A stretch of DNA of 64,000 nt from Nemertoderma westbladi (lineage: Eukaryota > Animalia > Xenacoelomorpha). Both the position numbers and the translations under genes were made by a program. The stretch covers positions 24,305 through 88,304 of the forward strand of contig JAUCBJ010004959.1 in NCBI GenBank assembly GCA_032718475.1. The letters are read 5' to 3'. Under the pieces are notes generated by a model that saw only the letters and a list, made by a program, of their open reading frames with translations, was not told the origin of the DNA and searched no databases. This document shows, in pieces, positions 37,175 to 48,933 of this stretch. Position 1 is the stretch's first letter. Each line of letters begins with the position of its first letter.

Positions 37175-40100
37175 TTGGATGAAAATAGGTCGTGTGACAC
37201 AGAGATATGGAGGGGGCCGCTACCCCCGATGACATACCCAAGTCAAAGAAAATCAAGAAATAGGACGGACGAACCGCACCAGACAGGAGAAACTATACAG
37301 CACCCATCGAATCCATTGGAAGCGCAGGCGATGGGGATGGCCACGTTGATCGATGCGTTGAAAATGAGGATCGAGTTACCACCCGTGGAACCATTCAAAT
37401 TCGATGGGAGTAGGCCGGAAGAATATCTACAGTTTCGGCGCATGTATAGTAACGAAATACTAACAAAAAACTTGACGCAGGCGGAGTGCCTAAAGTATCT
37501 GCAAGTATACACGGGAGGCCCAGCATACGATATCGTGAGGCAATATCAAGGCATAGAGGGCGGCTTCACGACAGCATGGCGGGCACTGGACAGGGAATAC
37601 GGGCACCTGGCCAAGATCATCAGACAGACACTGAGAGGCATAACATCGGGTGGCCTACAGGATAATCCCGTTAGCATTAAGACGTTCGCTAACAAAGTCG
37701 AAAAGGCGCTAATCGTGCTGAAGACGCTAGACGCGCCATACGAGCTCAACGCGTCCAATAACATCACCACGATAGCGCAGGCACTACCGAACTGGCTGTG
37801 CAACAAATGGAGGAAGATCGCTTTCTCCACTCGAGACAAAAAGGGTGTGGAACCGGGTTTAGAAGAAATGTCAAGCTTCTTAAACTACGAGGCTGAACTA
37901 ATAACTGACCCAGTCTATAGCGAAGAAAGCCTGGGAAAGGGACCAAAGACAGATTACCATAGACCGAAACCAGAGCACAATACGTCAAACGCATTACCGA
38001 GGCTCAGGCAATCATTGCCATATGCAGCGACGCAGGGGACTGCAAGTCCACAGATAGGCGAAAGTAAGACCACACCATGGAACGGACAGGGGAACAATAA
38101 CAACACGAATAAATATAACCCCAGTACGTCCAGTAGGCCGAATCCAAACAATAAGAATAGTAGGGACTTTGGTACAAACGCAGCTGCGATACGCGATGCG
38201 CTGTATAAGGAGGGCTACGACCCAAAGAGCAAATGCCAGCTACACGCAAATGCGCTTCATCAAACCATGAACTGCAGGTACTGGCAAGCGCTACCTAGGC
38301 AAGATCAGATAGACTATGCGTTGAGCAATAAAATCTGCTCGCGATGTGTGATGAGTGGACATAGAGCAAGGGAATGCAAGGAGAAGCCAGTCAAGTTTGG
38401 TCAAAGGAGAGGCCAAACGATGGCAACGAGCACAGTAGGGGCAAAGAAGAGAGGAACGGTGTTACTTGGAGTAGTACCCGTGCGAGTGATTGGGGAAGGC
38501 AATCGATCAGTAACAACACTAATGCTGGTTGATAGTGGAGCTGCCTTCACATTAGTCGAGGAATGGGTGGCCGAAGAGATAGGATTGAGAACGAGGCCAA
38601 GCAGAATGGCGGTAACAACCATCTCTAGCAAAGATGAGATCCTGGAGATGAGAACAGGACGGTGCGCAATTGCAGCGGTGGCACCGGGATGCGACTATGG
38701 GGCAACCATCGACCCCATCCAAGTGATAGAGTCAATTAATATCAATGCCAGGCGGCCAACCAACATCGAGGTCAAGCAATATAAATTCCTGGATGACATT
38801 GACTTCTCAATCCCAGATGTGGACGTTAGGAAGGTATCCATCATAGTAGGAATGGATTGCCCAATGGCCCACGAAAGAATGCAAACGGTCTTCGGCGAAG
38901 ACAAGCAGTGTGACCCGGTGGCGATATTAACACCATTCGGGTGGACGCTGAGTGGCCCAATCAAGAGCAAGATACCATTTAGGATGTCGGAGACATCAGG
39001 ATGCATGTTCGCGGGAACAATGCAGGAAATGTGTGATGAGGGAGCAGAGGAGCAGCTTAAAAGACTGCTCAGACAAGATTTCGAGGGACTAAAAGAGACC
39101 GGGGTCGGGACCTCGGTAGAAGACAAGCTGGCTTTACAAAGCGTGGAGGAATCGATGACATGCAATGAGGGGCGGTATACTATAGGAATGGTATGGAAAC
39201 TACCGAAGATACCGCTGCCCGATAATAGAGGGATGGTACTCACGAGACTCCGCAAGCTGAAACAAACACTAAAACGGAGCCCCGAGAAGAATGAGTACAT
39301 CCACAGAACGATTAAGAAGTACGTCGAGAAAGGATGGGCCGTGGAGTTACCGGTCGACGAGCCGAACACGGACAGGACATATTACCTGCCACTCCGCGTG
39401 GCTTTAGACCCAAAGAAAGGTAAACTGCGGATGGTAGTCGACGCATCGGCAAAGACCAACGGAAAATGCTTAAACGACTATCTGTTAGAAGGCCCAAACA
39501 TATACAACTCGGGCATAGAGGTCCTACTTAGATTTAGGAATGGGAAACACGCCTTCACGTGTGACATAGAAGGCATGTTCAACCAAGTCCGTGTAACGGA
39601 GGAAGATAGCGACAGTCAGCGCTTCTTATGGTATAACGGCGAGGAAGAACCGTCGATAATACCAGCATATAAGATGGTAGTACAAAACATGGGAGCCAAG
39701 TCGTCTTCATTTACGACGACTATGGCAGTCAGAGACACAGTGAAGGGGAAGGAAGATAGATACAGCACTAGGGCCGTCGATATGATTCGACGTGGCTTCT
39801 ACGTAGACGACGGAATGGAGTCTGGAAATACGGTTAAGGAGATACTGGACACGGGGCGCGAGGTTCGCGACATCCTAAAAGGATCCGGCTTTAACCTGAC
39901 CAAATTCCAATCCAGTTCGGAAGAATTTATCAAGGCGATAGAGGACAAGAGGCCAGAATCGACCATGGATAATCCCACAACAGCCAAAGGGCAGGACATG
40001 GCGAATAAGAGAACAGAATCTCAAAAGAAGGCATTGGGAATCGTGTGGAACAGAGAGACAGACGAACTGAAGTATCAGCTGAGCCAGGAGGGCGCAGACA

Positions 40101-42440
40101 TCCACACGAAGAGGGGATATGTATCGTATATAGCAAGGATATACGATCCCCTAGGCCTAGCATCCCCATTATTAGTCACGGGGAAACAGATACTCAAGAG
40201 AAGTATACAAATTGAAGGATGAGTGGGACGTAGAGGTACCAGAGGAAATCAAGAAACAGTGGAGTAAGTGGACAGGAGACTTGGAGAAGATGGGAACATA
40301 CAGCATGCCACGAGTGTATTTCCCAGATGGGAACATGACGAATCTGGACCTACACATGTTCTCCGATGCGTCGTTGGAGGCGTACGGAGCGGCACCCTAC
40401 TTAGTACAACAAGAGGGGGCTCATAAGCCCAGACTAGCCTTTAGCAAAGCAAAGTCAACACCGCCAGATTCAGCATCAGTTCCCAAGTTAGAATTGACAG
40501 CTGCGAGACTAGGAGTTAGAGCCACAGCCTACCTAGTGGATACTATTCCCAACATAATGGAGACACACTACTGGACGGACTCCATGGTAGTACTTGGTTA
40601 GCTACATAACGAAAGAACGAGATACCCAATATTCGTCGCAAATAGAGTGGACGAAATAAGGGCGACCACAGAACTGGAAAGGTGGCACTACTGCCCAACG
40701 GACGAGAACCCAGCGGACTTGTTGTCGAGGGGCGTGGTACGCCACACTTTCTTGAAGAAGGAAGTATTGTGGCAATATGGGCCACAATTTCTGAGCGATA
40801 AGGAAGCCTGGCCGCCGATGAGAAAGATGGACCCGGGCTCAGAAGTAGTGTCAGAGGGAGAAGGGGGAGATTCAGAGGGAGAAGAGATATACTCCCAGAT
40901 GGTGAGGGAGATTAGGGACGTGCAACCAAGACGAGAACTGTGCGATAACCTGACGGATAAACTCCTCAGCTACAGTTCTAGTTGGTATAAGACCAAGAAA
41001 TTAGTGGCGTACTGGAGAGCCTTCGGGAATTTCCTCACGGGAGTTGGCAAGGACAAGAAGATCAGGACAACCATAGATCTGGAAGGAGCGGCCAAGGCAG
41101 TGATCCGCTATGAACAACGGAAGAACTATGGTGACGAGGTGGAACGCGTCGGTAACCAACAGCACCTCCGACGGGACAGCGAGCTGATTACGCTGTCGCC
41201 ACAACTTAATGACGACGGGATTCTAGTAATGAACTCTAGGGTGGGATACAACAACAGCATAATCGTACCACCGAAACCCATCATCATTCCAACAGGATCG
41301 CCAATAGTTCACCAGATTATCTGGGACTCCCACAAGTCGATATTGCACGGGGGCACCAACCAAACCCTCACCGAGATAAGGAGGACCTTTTGGGTCAAAC
41401 AGTTGAGGAAGAAGGTAAAAGCGGTGGTGGGGCAGTGCCAGACCTGCCGACGAGCGAAGAAGGAGCGAGCCATACAAGAGATGGCGCCACTACCAGCGAG
41501 TAGAGTAAGACAGCACGACCTGCCATTTACGCATTGCGGTGTGGACATGTTCGGGCCGATAAAGATAAAGGTGATGCGGCACACGGAGAAACGCTACGGT
41601 ATCATCTTCGTATGTAACAACACGCGGGCGGTAGGGATAGAACTCGCCCAAGATGCAACCGCATCAGCATTCATTAATGCCTTAGAAAGGTTTAGAGACC
41701 GCAAAGGTGGGACAATCGCAGTGATATACAGCGACAACGGCACCAACTTTGTGGGCGCAGAGAATGAGATGGCAGAAGCCTTGGACATCTTGGAAGGGGA
41801 GGAAGTCAGGGCGGCCATGAGACGACGACAAGTAAAGTGGGAGAGAAGGACGCCGTATGCACCACATACACTAGGGTGCGTCGAGAGATTGGTGGGCAGT
41901 TCAAAGCGTCTAATGACGAAGCTAATGAACACCCACATGGTCACTGAGGACGTCTTACGGACAGTGCTTGCGAAGTGCGAGGGGATCATTAATAGCAGAC
42001 CGCTATACCCGGAGAATGATGACCCTGAGTCACTAGACGTGCTGACGCCTAGCCATTTCCTGATGGAAAGGCCAGCGACCATCGATATGCGGGGTGTAGA
42101 CCCAGATGACATACACTCCCGCCAGAGTTGGAAAGTCGCTAAAGCAATAAGCGCAGAGTATTGGAGGAGGTGGGTCGAAGAATACCTGCCCACACTCCAT
42201 AAAAGAAGCAAGTGGAGGAAGCCAAATAGGGAGTTAAGAGAGGGAGATCTCGTAATCGTTACGGATGATACTATCATCAACAACCAGTGGCGGTTGGCGA
42301 GAGTTGTAGGCACTTACTCCGACGAGGATGGAAGAGTCCGATCGGTAGAAGTGCGGATAGGTGGTAAGATAGGTGCGAAGGACAGAAAAACCTACAGGAG
42401 AGCTGTAGGGAAATGCTGTCTGTTAGAAGGGGCACCTTAG
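37175..42440 (+). pseudogene. BEL/Pao Gag-Pol (capsid-like domain, Zn knuckles, protease, RT, RNase H, integrase), disrupted
   Basis: Gag LPPVEPFKFDG; knuckles CQLH....H....C and CSRC....H....C; protease LVDSGA; RT FYVDD; RNase H MFSDAS; integrase H-H-C-C, GVDMFGP, YSDNGTNFVGA, GCVERLV and YWRRWVEEYLPTL. One-base frameshift near 40198 and TAG at 40599-40601 in place of a conserved Trp. Confidence 0.95.
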
Positions 42441-42559
42441 TGGAGTTAGTAATGTGTTTAGTCGTCCAAGTTTGGACTGAGGGGGGTGGGATTGAGGGCG
42501 AGACGCCCTTCCCACACATAAAAAAAAATAAAAAATAAAAAAATAAAATAATAGTACAT

Positions 42560-43130
42560 AGTAGGTACGCAGTTAGTAGGCAGAAGTTAGTCAGTAAGAA
42601 GGTACGTAGTACCTAGAGTTAGTTAGTTAAGAGGTACATAGTACCTAGAGTTAGTTAGTTAAGAGGCACGTAGTAGTACCTAGAGTTAGTTAGTTAAGAG
42701 GCACGTAGTAGTACCTAGAGTTAGTTAGTTAAGAGGTACGTAGTACCTAGAGTTAGTTAAGAGAAGAGTTAGAGGGTACGTAGTACCGTTAGTTAGAGAG
42801 TTAGAGGGTATGTAGTACCGCTAGTTAGAGAGTTAGAGGGTACGTAGTACCGTTAGTTAGTTAAGAGAAGAGTTAGAGGGTACGTAGTACCGCTAGTTAG
42901 AGAGTTAGAGGGTACGTAGTACCATTAGTTAGAGAAGAGTTAGAGGGTACGTAGTACCGTTAGTTAGAGAAGAGTTAGAGGGTACGTAGTACCGTTAGTT
43001 AGAGAGTTAGAGGGTACGTAGTACCGCTAGTTAGAGAGTTAGAGGGTACGTAGTACCGTTAGTTAGACAAGAGTAAGAGTTAGAGGGTACCTAGTACCGT
43101 TAGTTAGAGAGAGAGTAAGAGGTAGAAGGG
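42560..43130 (+). repeat. Tandem array (~30-40-bp variable units) between pol and ORF3
   Basis: GGTACGTAGTACC(G/T)..AGTTAG(AG)AGTTAGAG units. Confidence 0.9.
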
Positions 43131-43597
43131 TATATAAGATATAGATATTAGTTAGCAGTTAGTAGCGAGAGGGGGGCATATGAGTACAGCTGGGTAAATC
43201 GTGTGGCCACGCGACGCATACTGCTGTACTGCACAGGCCCACAGAGTAGGTCAGAATGTGGATTAGAGAATAGAATAATCCATAGGCAATAGTAAGTAGT
43301 AGGACAGTAGAATTAAAATTAAAACTAAACTAAAAATAAATAGAATAGGGCTGAAAGTTACAAATTATGGCAACACTAGGAAAGTTATTCTGGAACATAA
43401 TAAATGTAACGGACAGAAATCGAAATTAGGGTGTATTTACTAGCTTCAGAATTAATTAGTAATAATTTAGGCTAAAAGGCGCAGTTAAGTAAGGAATAGG
43501 CCATTATCGGACCGTACAGAATATCTTAGATACATCACTCATCTGTATTGCGCCTTGGTAAGGCACCACCTTACAGGTGAGCGAGTGAGTGTTCGGA

Positions 43598-46144
43598 ATG
43601 GCGAGCAAATTGATCAGAAAGAGAAAGGCGGAGTCAGGAGGAAAGGAGATACTGGTGGATTTCACCGAGAGGCATCCGGAAGAGAAGACGAGAGGATACT
43701 ACGAGAGGTTGGAAAGGGGTCACGCGGCACGAGCGCTGCAGGATCACTTCCGGGAGATGCACGAACAGCGGCTGGTCGGGACCTACGGGACGCCGTCGCT
43801 GGACAACGCGATCTTCCAACACTTCCACTACGTGGTGAAAGGGGACGAGGCGAAGTTCGGGATTCCAAAGTACCCGAGGGAATCACCGAGGAAGGACTGG
43901 AAGAGATTCATAGAGTCCGTCAACAGGGGAGGATATATGATCCTAGACGACGAGGGAACCGTGAAAGACGAGGAGGGTTCGAGACGAGGATCGGCGGGGT
44001 CAGCCAGGACCATACTCCTACATTTGGCCGCGCCAAATGGGGACATCTTCTTATTCGATCTAGGAATGTATGGGAAGAAGGACGGGCCGAAATTAAATCG
44101 GTTACCGAAATCGGTACAAGTCTTGGTAAGAGAGAATTCGACGACGAAAGTGGGATCGGCGATTTGCGAGGACGCGGAGAGAATCATCGGTCCGGACGCC
44201 ACCAACCTCCTGGATATGCAGAAGGTCTTTATGGCTATGACGGCACCGGATGGGTTGGGGGTAGTCGAAAACACAGGCCAATGCGGGGTGGTGGCAATGG
44301 GCCAACTATTGGGGCTCGTGTGCCACAAACCGATGGACTGGGGGAAGTTCAGGGAAGAATACGGAGCAGAACTAGCGAACTCGCTAAAGTGGGGAGCGAG
44401 ACCAGGAAAGCAAGAGGTATATCAATTCCGCAGAGGAGCGATAAAGGTATATCAGAAGCGATATATCCTGCAGGAAGACTGGATGATGATAAGTTTGCTT
44501 AACTTATTTATGACCATGGTTATTGAGAGGGAACCAGCGGCATTTCTGTTATCGGGATCACCCCTAAGCTACAGGAGAGCCTTTAAAATGGCCTTCGACG
44601 GTCTGGTAGACCACCCGGGGCTGAAGGGCGAGTCGGTGTACTACAACAGCCGACATCTGGTAGACGGGGAGATAGATACGCCGTATCAGAGATGGGAGCA
44701 GCTAGAAACGGATAGACGAGAAGCAAAGCGACTGGAAGAAGTCGCTAGACGGGAGAGGATAGAAGCAGAGGAGAGGGAAGAGGAGGCCAGGACGCAGAGT
44801 TACGGCTTCGAGGAACAGGCAGGCTTAGACGAACTTCATTGGACTTCGTCAGGGAGTTCGGGGGAATCTCTAGGGCGAGAACTGGGATGGACGGTGGGAT
44901 CACCGAAACAGTCGACGTCGGGGTTGCAAGAGATGCCCATACCAGCGGGCGCCGAGGGCGACCAACCGCCAAGGAGGTTGAGGGAGTTAGAGGGATGGAG
45001 AGCTATGGGCGAGAGCCAAGGCGGGAAGGGACATAGTGGATCCATCGGGATACCGGGGTTGGAGCCACTGCCAGAGGAGGAGGAGGACGACGACGAGTTC
45101 GGAGAGATGCCGCCCATCGAGAGGATAGGCCACTCGGACACGGACTGGGTTGGCGGAAGGGTGGTGACGGCCAGTGGGGCGAGGGCCTTCTGGAACAGAT
45201 CCGGCAAGCGGACCTGGGTGCACGAGGAGCCGGCGATGGATTTCGCGGGGAGCACTATCAGGTTGGGCGAGCAACCGGGGACGGCACCACGGATAGTATT
45301 CGGGGAGACGATGCCCGAGAGGGGCAGAGAGATCGACGTAGACAGAGACACCAACGTGGAGAAGTTCGCCTACCAGCGACTCCACAGACCGCGGAGATCG
45401 CTTGGGACGAAGGACGACGTGGGGCGGGAGACATTGGTACTCGGCTGCGACTACTGTGGCAGGCAGACCCACCAGGAAAGGAGCTGCTTGTACCGGTTCC
45501 AAAAGGGAACCTTTTGTCTCTACTGCCGAGAGCCGAGCCACAGGATGGGGGCGTGTCCACGGTTGCATAACCGATGTCCAAAGTGCAACTTTCGGGGACA
45601 CTACGGACGCCAGTGCGACTGGATGGATGACGAAGAGAAGTTCAGAAGATTCGAAGAGTGGGCCGACGTCGGGGCCATGACGCGCCAGCGCATGAAGGCC
45701 CAGGAGTTCAAGTGGGGTTTCTTCCTTATCAATCAGGAGGCTCACATGGAAATCATAAAGCGGAGGCTACCGTTTACCTATCAAGAGGTAGCAACGGCGG
45801 CGTCGTATGCCGGAGTGATGAACACACAAAGATATTTGGACAGGTGGACGCCACAGAACCGAGGGGAGTTTAGGGATTTCTTGGCGGAGCACGTGCCGCG
45901 AGCAATGAAGATGATCCTATGGGACGACACCAGAGGGAGACAACAGGGCCACTCTGAGGGGCCACCGGCGAAGCGATATCGGGCACTAATAACACCAGTG
46001 CCCAAGGAGCCAACAACCGGAATCAGCAGGGAGGTGGCGGCGAAAGTCCGAAAGCAGAAAGCGGATCCCAGAGGAGCGGTGGTAACCAAGAAACGACCCA
46101 GGGAAGAGGACGCCAGGGGGAACTATCCCCAGAGGAACAGATAG
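43598..46144 (+). CDS. Retrotransposon ORF3: DEDDy (WRN/EXD/MUT-7-like) 3'-5' exonuclease plus three CCHC zinc knuckles, 848 aa
   Basis: ExoI YMILDDEG (43934); ILLHLAAPNGDIFLFDL; LPKSVQVLVRENSTTKVGSAICEDA (ExoII); NLLDMQ; YQKRYILQED (ExoIII, 44462). Knuckles CDYCGRQTHQERSC, CLYCREPSHRMGAC and CPKCNFRGHYGRQC at 45446-45616. Confidence 0.8.
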   Translation: MASKLIRKRKAESGGKEILVDFTERHPEEKTRGYYERLERGHAARALQDHFREMHEQRLVGTYGTPSLDNAIFQHFHYVVKGDEAKFGIPKYPRESPRKDWKRFIESVNRGGYMILDDEGTVKDEEGSRRGSAGSARTILLHLAAPNGDIFLFDLGMYGKKDGPKLNRLPKSVQVLVRENSTTKVGSAICEDAERIIGPDATNLLDMQKVFMAMTAPDGLGVVENTGQCGVVAMGQLLGLVCHKPMDWGKFREEYGAELANSLKWGARPGKQEVYQFRRGAIKVYQKRYILQEDWMMISLLNLFMTMVIEREPAAFLLSGSPLSYRRAFKMAFDGLVDHPGLKGESVYYNSRHLVDGEIDTPYQRWEQLETDRREAKRLEEVARRERIEAEEREEEARTQSYGFEEQAGLDELHWTSSGSSGESLGRELGWTVGSPKQSTSGLQEMPIPAGAEGDQPPRRLRELEGWRAMGESQGGKGHSGSIGIPGLEPLPEEEEDDDEFGEMPPIERIGHSDTDWVGGRVVTASGARAFWNRSGKRTWVHEEPAMDFAGSTIRLGEQPGTAPRIVFGETMPERGREIDVDRDTNVEKFAYQRLHRPRRSLGTKDDVGRETLVLGCDYCGRQTHQERSCLYRFQKGTFCLYCREPSHRMGACPRLHNRCPKCNFRGHYGRQCDWMDDEEKFRRFEEWADVGAMTRQRMKAQEFKWGFFLINQEAHMEIIKRRLPFTYQEVATAASYAGVMNTQRYLDRWTPQNRGEFRDFLAEHVPRAMKMILWDDTRGRQQGHSEGPPAKRYRALITPVPKEPTTGISREVAAKVRKQKADPRGAVVTKKRPREEDARGNYPQRNR

Positions 46145-46847
46145 GTTCCCAGGGCCGGGGGAGAGAAACTGAGACTTGGACGTGGTACGCCTGGAAGGCG
46201 CCGCGTGGGACGTACGAACTATTAAGTACAAATTAAGCTGATGCAAATAATTAAAATAAGTGCAATTATATGTACGTACGTTGTGATCAGTAGTTTAGCA
46301 ATAAAATATACGTTCGGAGTAAGTACTATAGTCATACAACCTTTCTCAATTAGCTACTGGGACTGGGGGGATAACTGACTATGGCACTATGGACGAGACA
46401 CCAGACGATTTCACACTTCTTGAGTGCGACGGCACAAGAGGGGGGGGAGATTCGTCAGAAGGGATGAGGTAGTCGAAGTGGGGTTGAGGGACGGAGTAAT
46501 GGTGCGAAGTGCGGAGAGAGTGCGGACGCAATTCTAATGTGGGGGGGGGAGAATAAGAGGCTGAGTGAGGGACGAGGAGGTCCGAGGGTATGCGAGAGTT
46601 AGGGTGAGAGTGGAGAAGAGATAGGGCGAAAATGTTGGGGAAACAAAAGTCGCGTGAGAGGTTAGCGCGATCGGCCCGACATGGGACGCCAGGCATACAG
46701 GGTAGAGTTATCATACCCATAGGGAGCGGCCTGGAAAGCCGGCTCCGAGAGAAAAGAATTCCACCCCACACCCGATACTAGATCGGGATCCAGCGGGATT
46801 GTAGCGCACTTAAGGTGGATGCTATCCTCTCACCGGGAAGATAGCAT

Positions 46848-46856
46848 GGGGGGGAG
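46848..46856 (+). other. Polypurine tract
   Basis: GGGGGGGAG immediately 5' of the 3' LTR. Confidence 0.85.
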
Positions 46857-47400
46857 TGTTAGCTTATTCAATCCCGCTAACACCCCATAAAGTTAAGCCG
46901 ATAAGCAATATTGGGGGCCACGAGATTGGGTAATCACCAACTCGTGTCACCCCAACAAAATGGGAAGGAGAAACACAATGAGGGTCAGGGGCCAAACCCC
47001 TAACCCAGAGAGAACAGGTGGAGTGAACGGGAACACTCCAAAGGGCGCCAACAAGCGTATCAACCAATCAGAGGGGGGAAAGGCATCGATTAGGTAGAGT
47101 AGCAAGGCCAACCCGTGCAATATAGCCAGTTGGCAGTAATCATTTCATTCAGTTATCTCAGTATCATATTGGTGCTAGTTAGGTTAGTTAGTTTAGCTAG
47201 GGAAGGACCGGGACTTTAATTACCGTATCCCGCCTTCCGTATACGACAACATTATCCATATCTATACCTATATCTATATACCCGTACAACCGATTATTAT
47301 ATACGACGAACGACACGAACTCTTTTTACTTTTCACACACGGCGGAGACGCGTGAACTAAACAACCGGATAAACCGGGATCCTTCCTGGATCCCGTCACA
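46857..47400 (+). repeat. 3' LTR (544 bp)
   Basis: Same length and termini as the 5' LTR, followed by GGCTC. Confidence 0.97.
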
Positions 47401-48933
47401 GGCTCCTACTTGTAAGTTGAAAGCTGGTATCCCTACTGTGGCATTGACAATCAATTAGAAGTTATTATTTACCTATATTGCGAAATCATTCAAATAGCTT
47501 TTCTTTAGCCAATGATGTTTTTGTGAGATGAAATTCGAATGTAATACGATTTTTTCGCAGGTTTTCACATTTGGTCGACTCTTTATACAGTAGGCATTTT
47601 ATATATGAAGACTACGTTTTTATTTAAATTTATCTTTATGAAGGGTCGATTATCTTCCTTACAGTATAACCCGTTCAGATACTAATTTGTTTATTGTTTT
47701 GGTTTTATTCAGCCCTCGAACCGCGTAACCTCGCTTTTTTTAGACAGTTGGAAACTGGATGCAAATCCCATCTCGACGAATTAATATCTCGCCCCAATGT
47801 TAAATTGCCAATTTGGGGAAAGGAGCAGTTTGCTTTGTATTGGCATGTTAGTTAATCTAAACACAACAATAAACGAGAGTCAATAGAACAGGTTACTGTT
47901 TTATTTTCGAGTTTCATCAGCTGTTATTTGAGTCGATTTCCCCCTGAAGAGGGATTAATTTTTATTGCGTCGAAAGTCTCCCAATCTGCGGTTTTTCGTG
48001 AAAACCTATAGTTCTTCCTTCACATAGGGTACTGCAAAGTGAAATATAACATTAGAAAGTTTAACAACACAATAATATAAATTTTATAGCAATACAAATA
48101 AGTTTTTTGCAATAATATTACCTACTTTTCCATCAAAAAATAATATTGAATTAAAATAGGCCTAGTAGACTCTACTGTAGACTAAAAGAACGTTTAAAAA
48201 AAGTTAATAAATCGAGCACTAAATCACTCAACTCATATTTTTAGAGTGTCAACATCCCCTAAATTTGATCATTGCAGTTATGTGTGAATTGTATCAATTT
48301 TAGTGTATTTGTCAATATGGCATCAAGGCGCTAATGTTGACTTGTGCCGGACTTCACATTTTCTGCAATTTCTCAGAAACTATTCGCTCTATGAATGTTT
48401 TGAAGGTGTCTACACCAACTAAATCGGTCATTGCGGTTCTAAAGAGCATAATATCAATGCAGTAGGAATACTAGAAGTTAATCATCATAAAAACTGGGAA
48501 TATGACTCACTTGCGCCAAGGCATTAGAGTGGAAAATGGCCTTGTGCCTGTGGAAATATTTCCTGCATCCCCAAATCAAAATTTTGGTATCTATCGAAGT
48601 TTGGACCCATTTGATGACATCTGACAGTCTGATGTGCGAACTGCTCCCGAGTTGAAATTCGGAAAAAAGTTTTTTTTGGACCACCCTAATGAACAACTGT
48701 CAGACTGTAACGTACTGCTGTACTGTGTACTGCAGTGTATGTATTTATGTACCGTAGGTACAAGTTGTAGTTCTGTAGTTGGTTGGTATGGTTATGGTAC
48801 ATACCGGAATTCAACTGCAGAATTGTCCATTTTCTGATACCAATATAATCTGATAATCTGATACTAGATACTAAATAAGCGAAAGACTAGGCCTAAGACT
48901 TAAGAAGACACATACAAGAGCAGATTCCATCCG

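Larger units (their letters stand above)
32533..47400 (+). mobile_element. Full-length BEL/Pao LTR retrotransposon (14,868 bp) with an extra ORF
   Basis: TGT...ACA LTRs, GGCTC target-site duplication (32528-32532 and 47401-47405), domain order Gag-PR-RT-RH-IN with BEL-type motifs, and a PPT before the 3' LTR. Confidence 0.97.

Noticed and set aside
42560-43130. Interstitial telomeric repeat
   Set aside because: Contains TTAG/TTAGAGGG words but no run of TTAGGG or TTAGG; the unit is a longer composite repeat.
43555-44502. Overlapping 315-aa ORF in another + frame
   Set aside because: Non-ATG start and R/G-rich with no motifs; expected from the purine-rich, T-poor composition.
43598-46144. 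Envelope gene
   Set aside because: No signal peptide, no clear transmembrane anchor and no glycoprotein-like Cys pattern; exonuclease and knuckle motifs instead.
33110-46771. Numerous minus-strand ORFs in the BEL element
   Set aside because: Antisense shadows of coding or low-complexity sequence with no recognisable domains.
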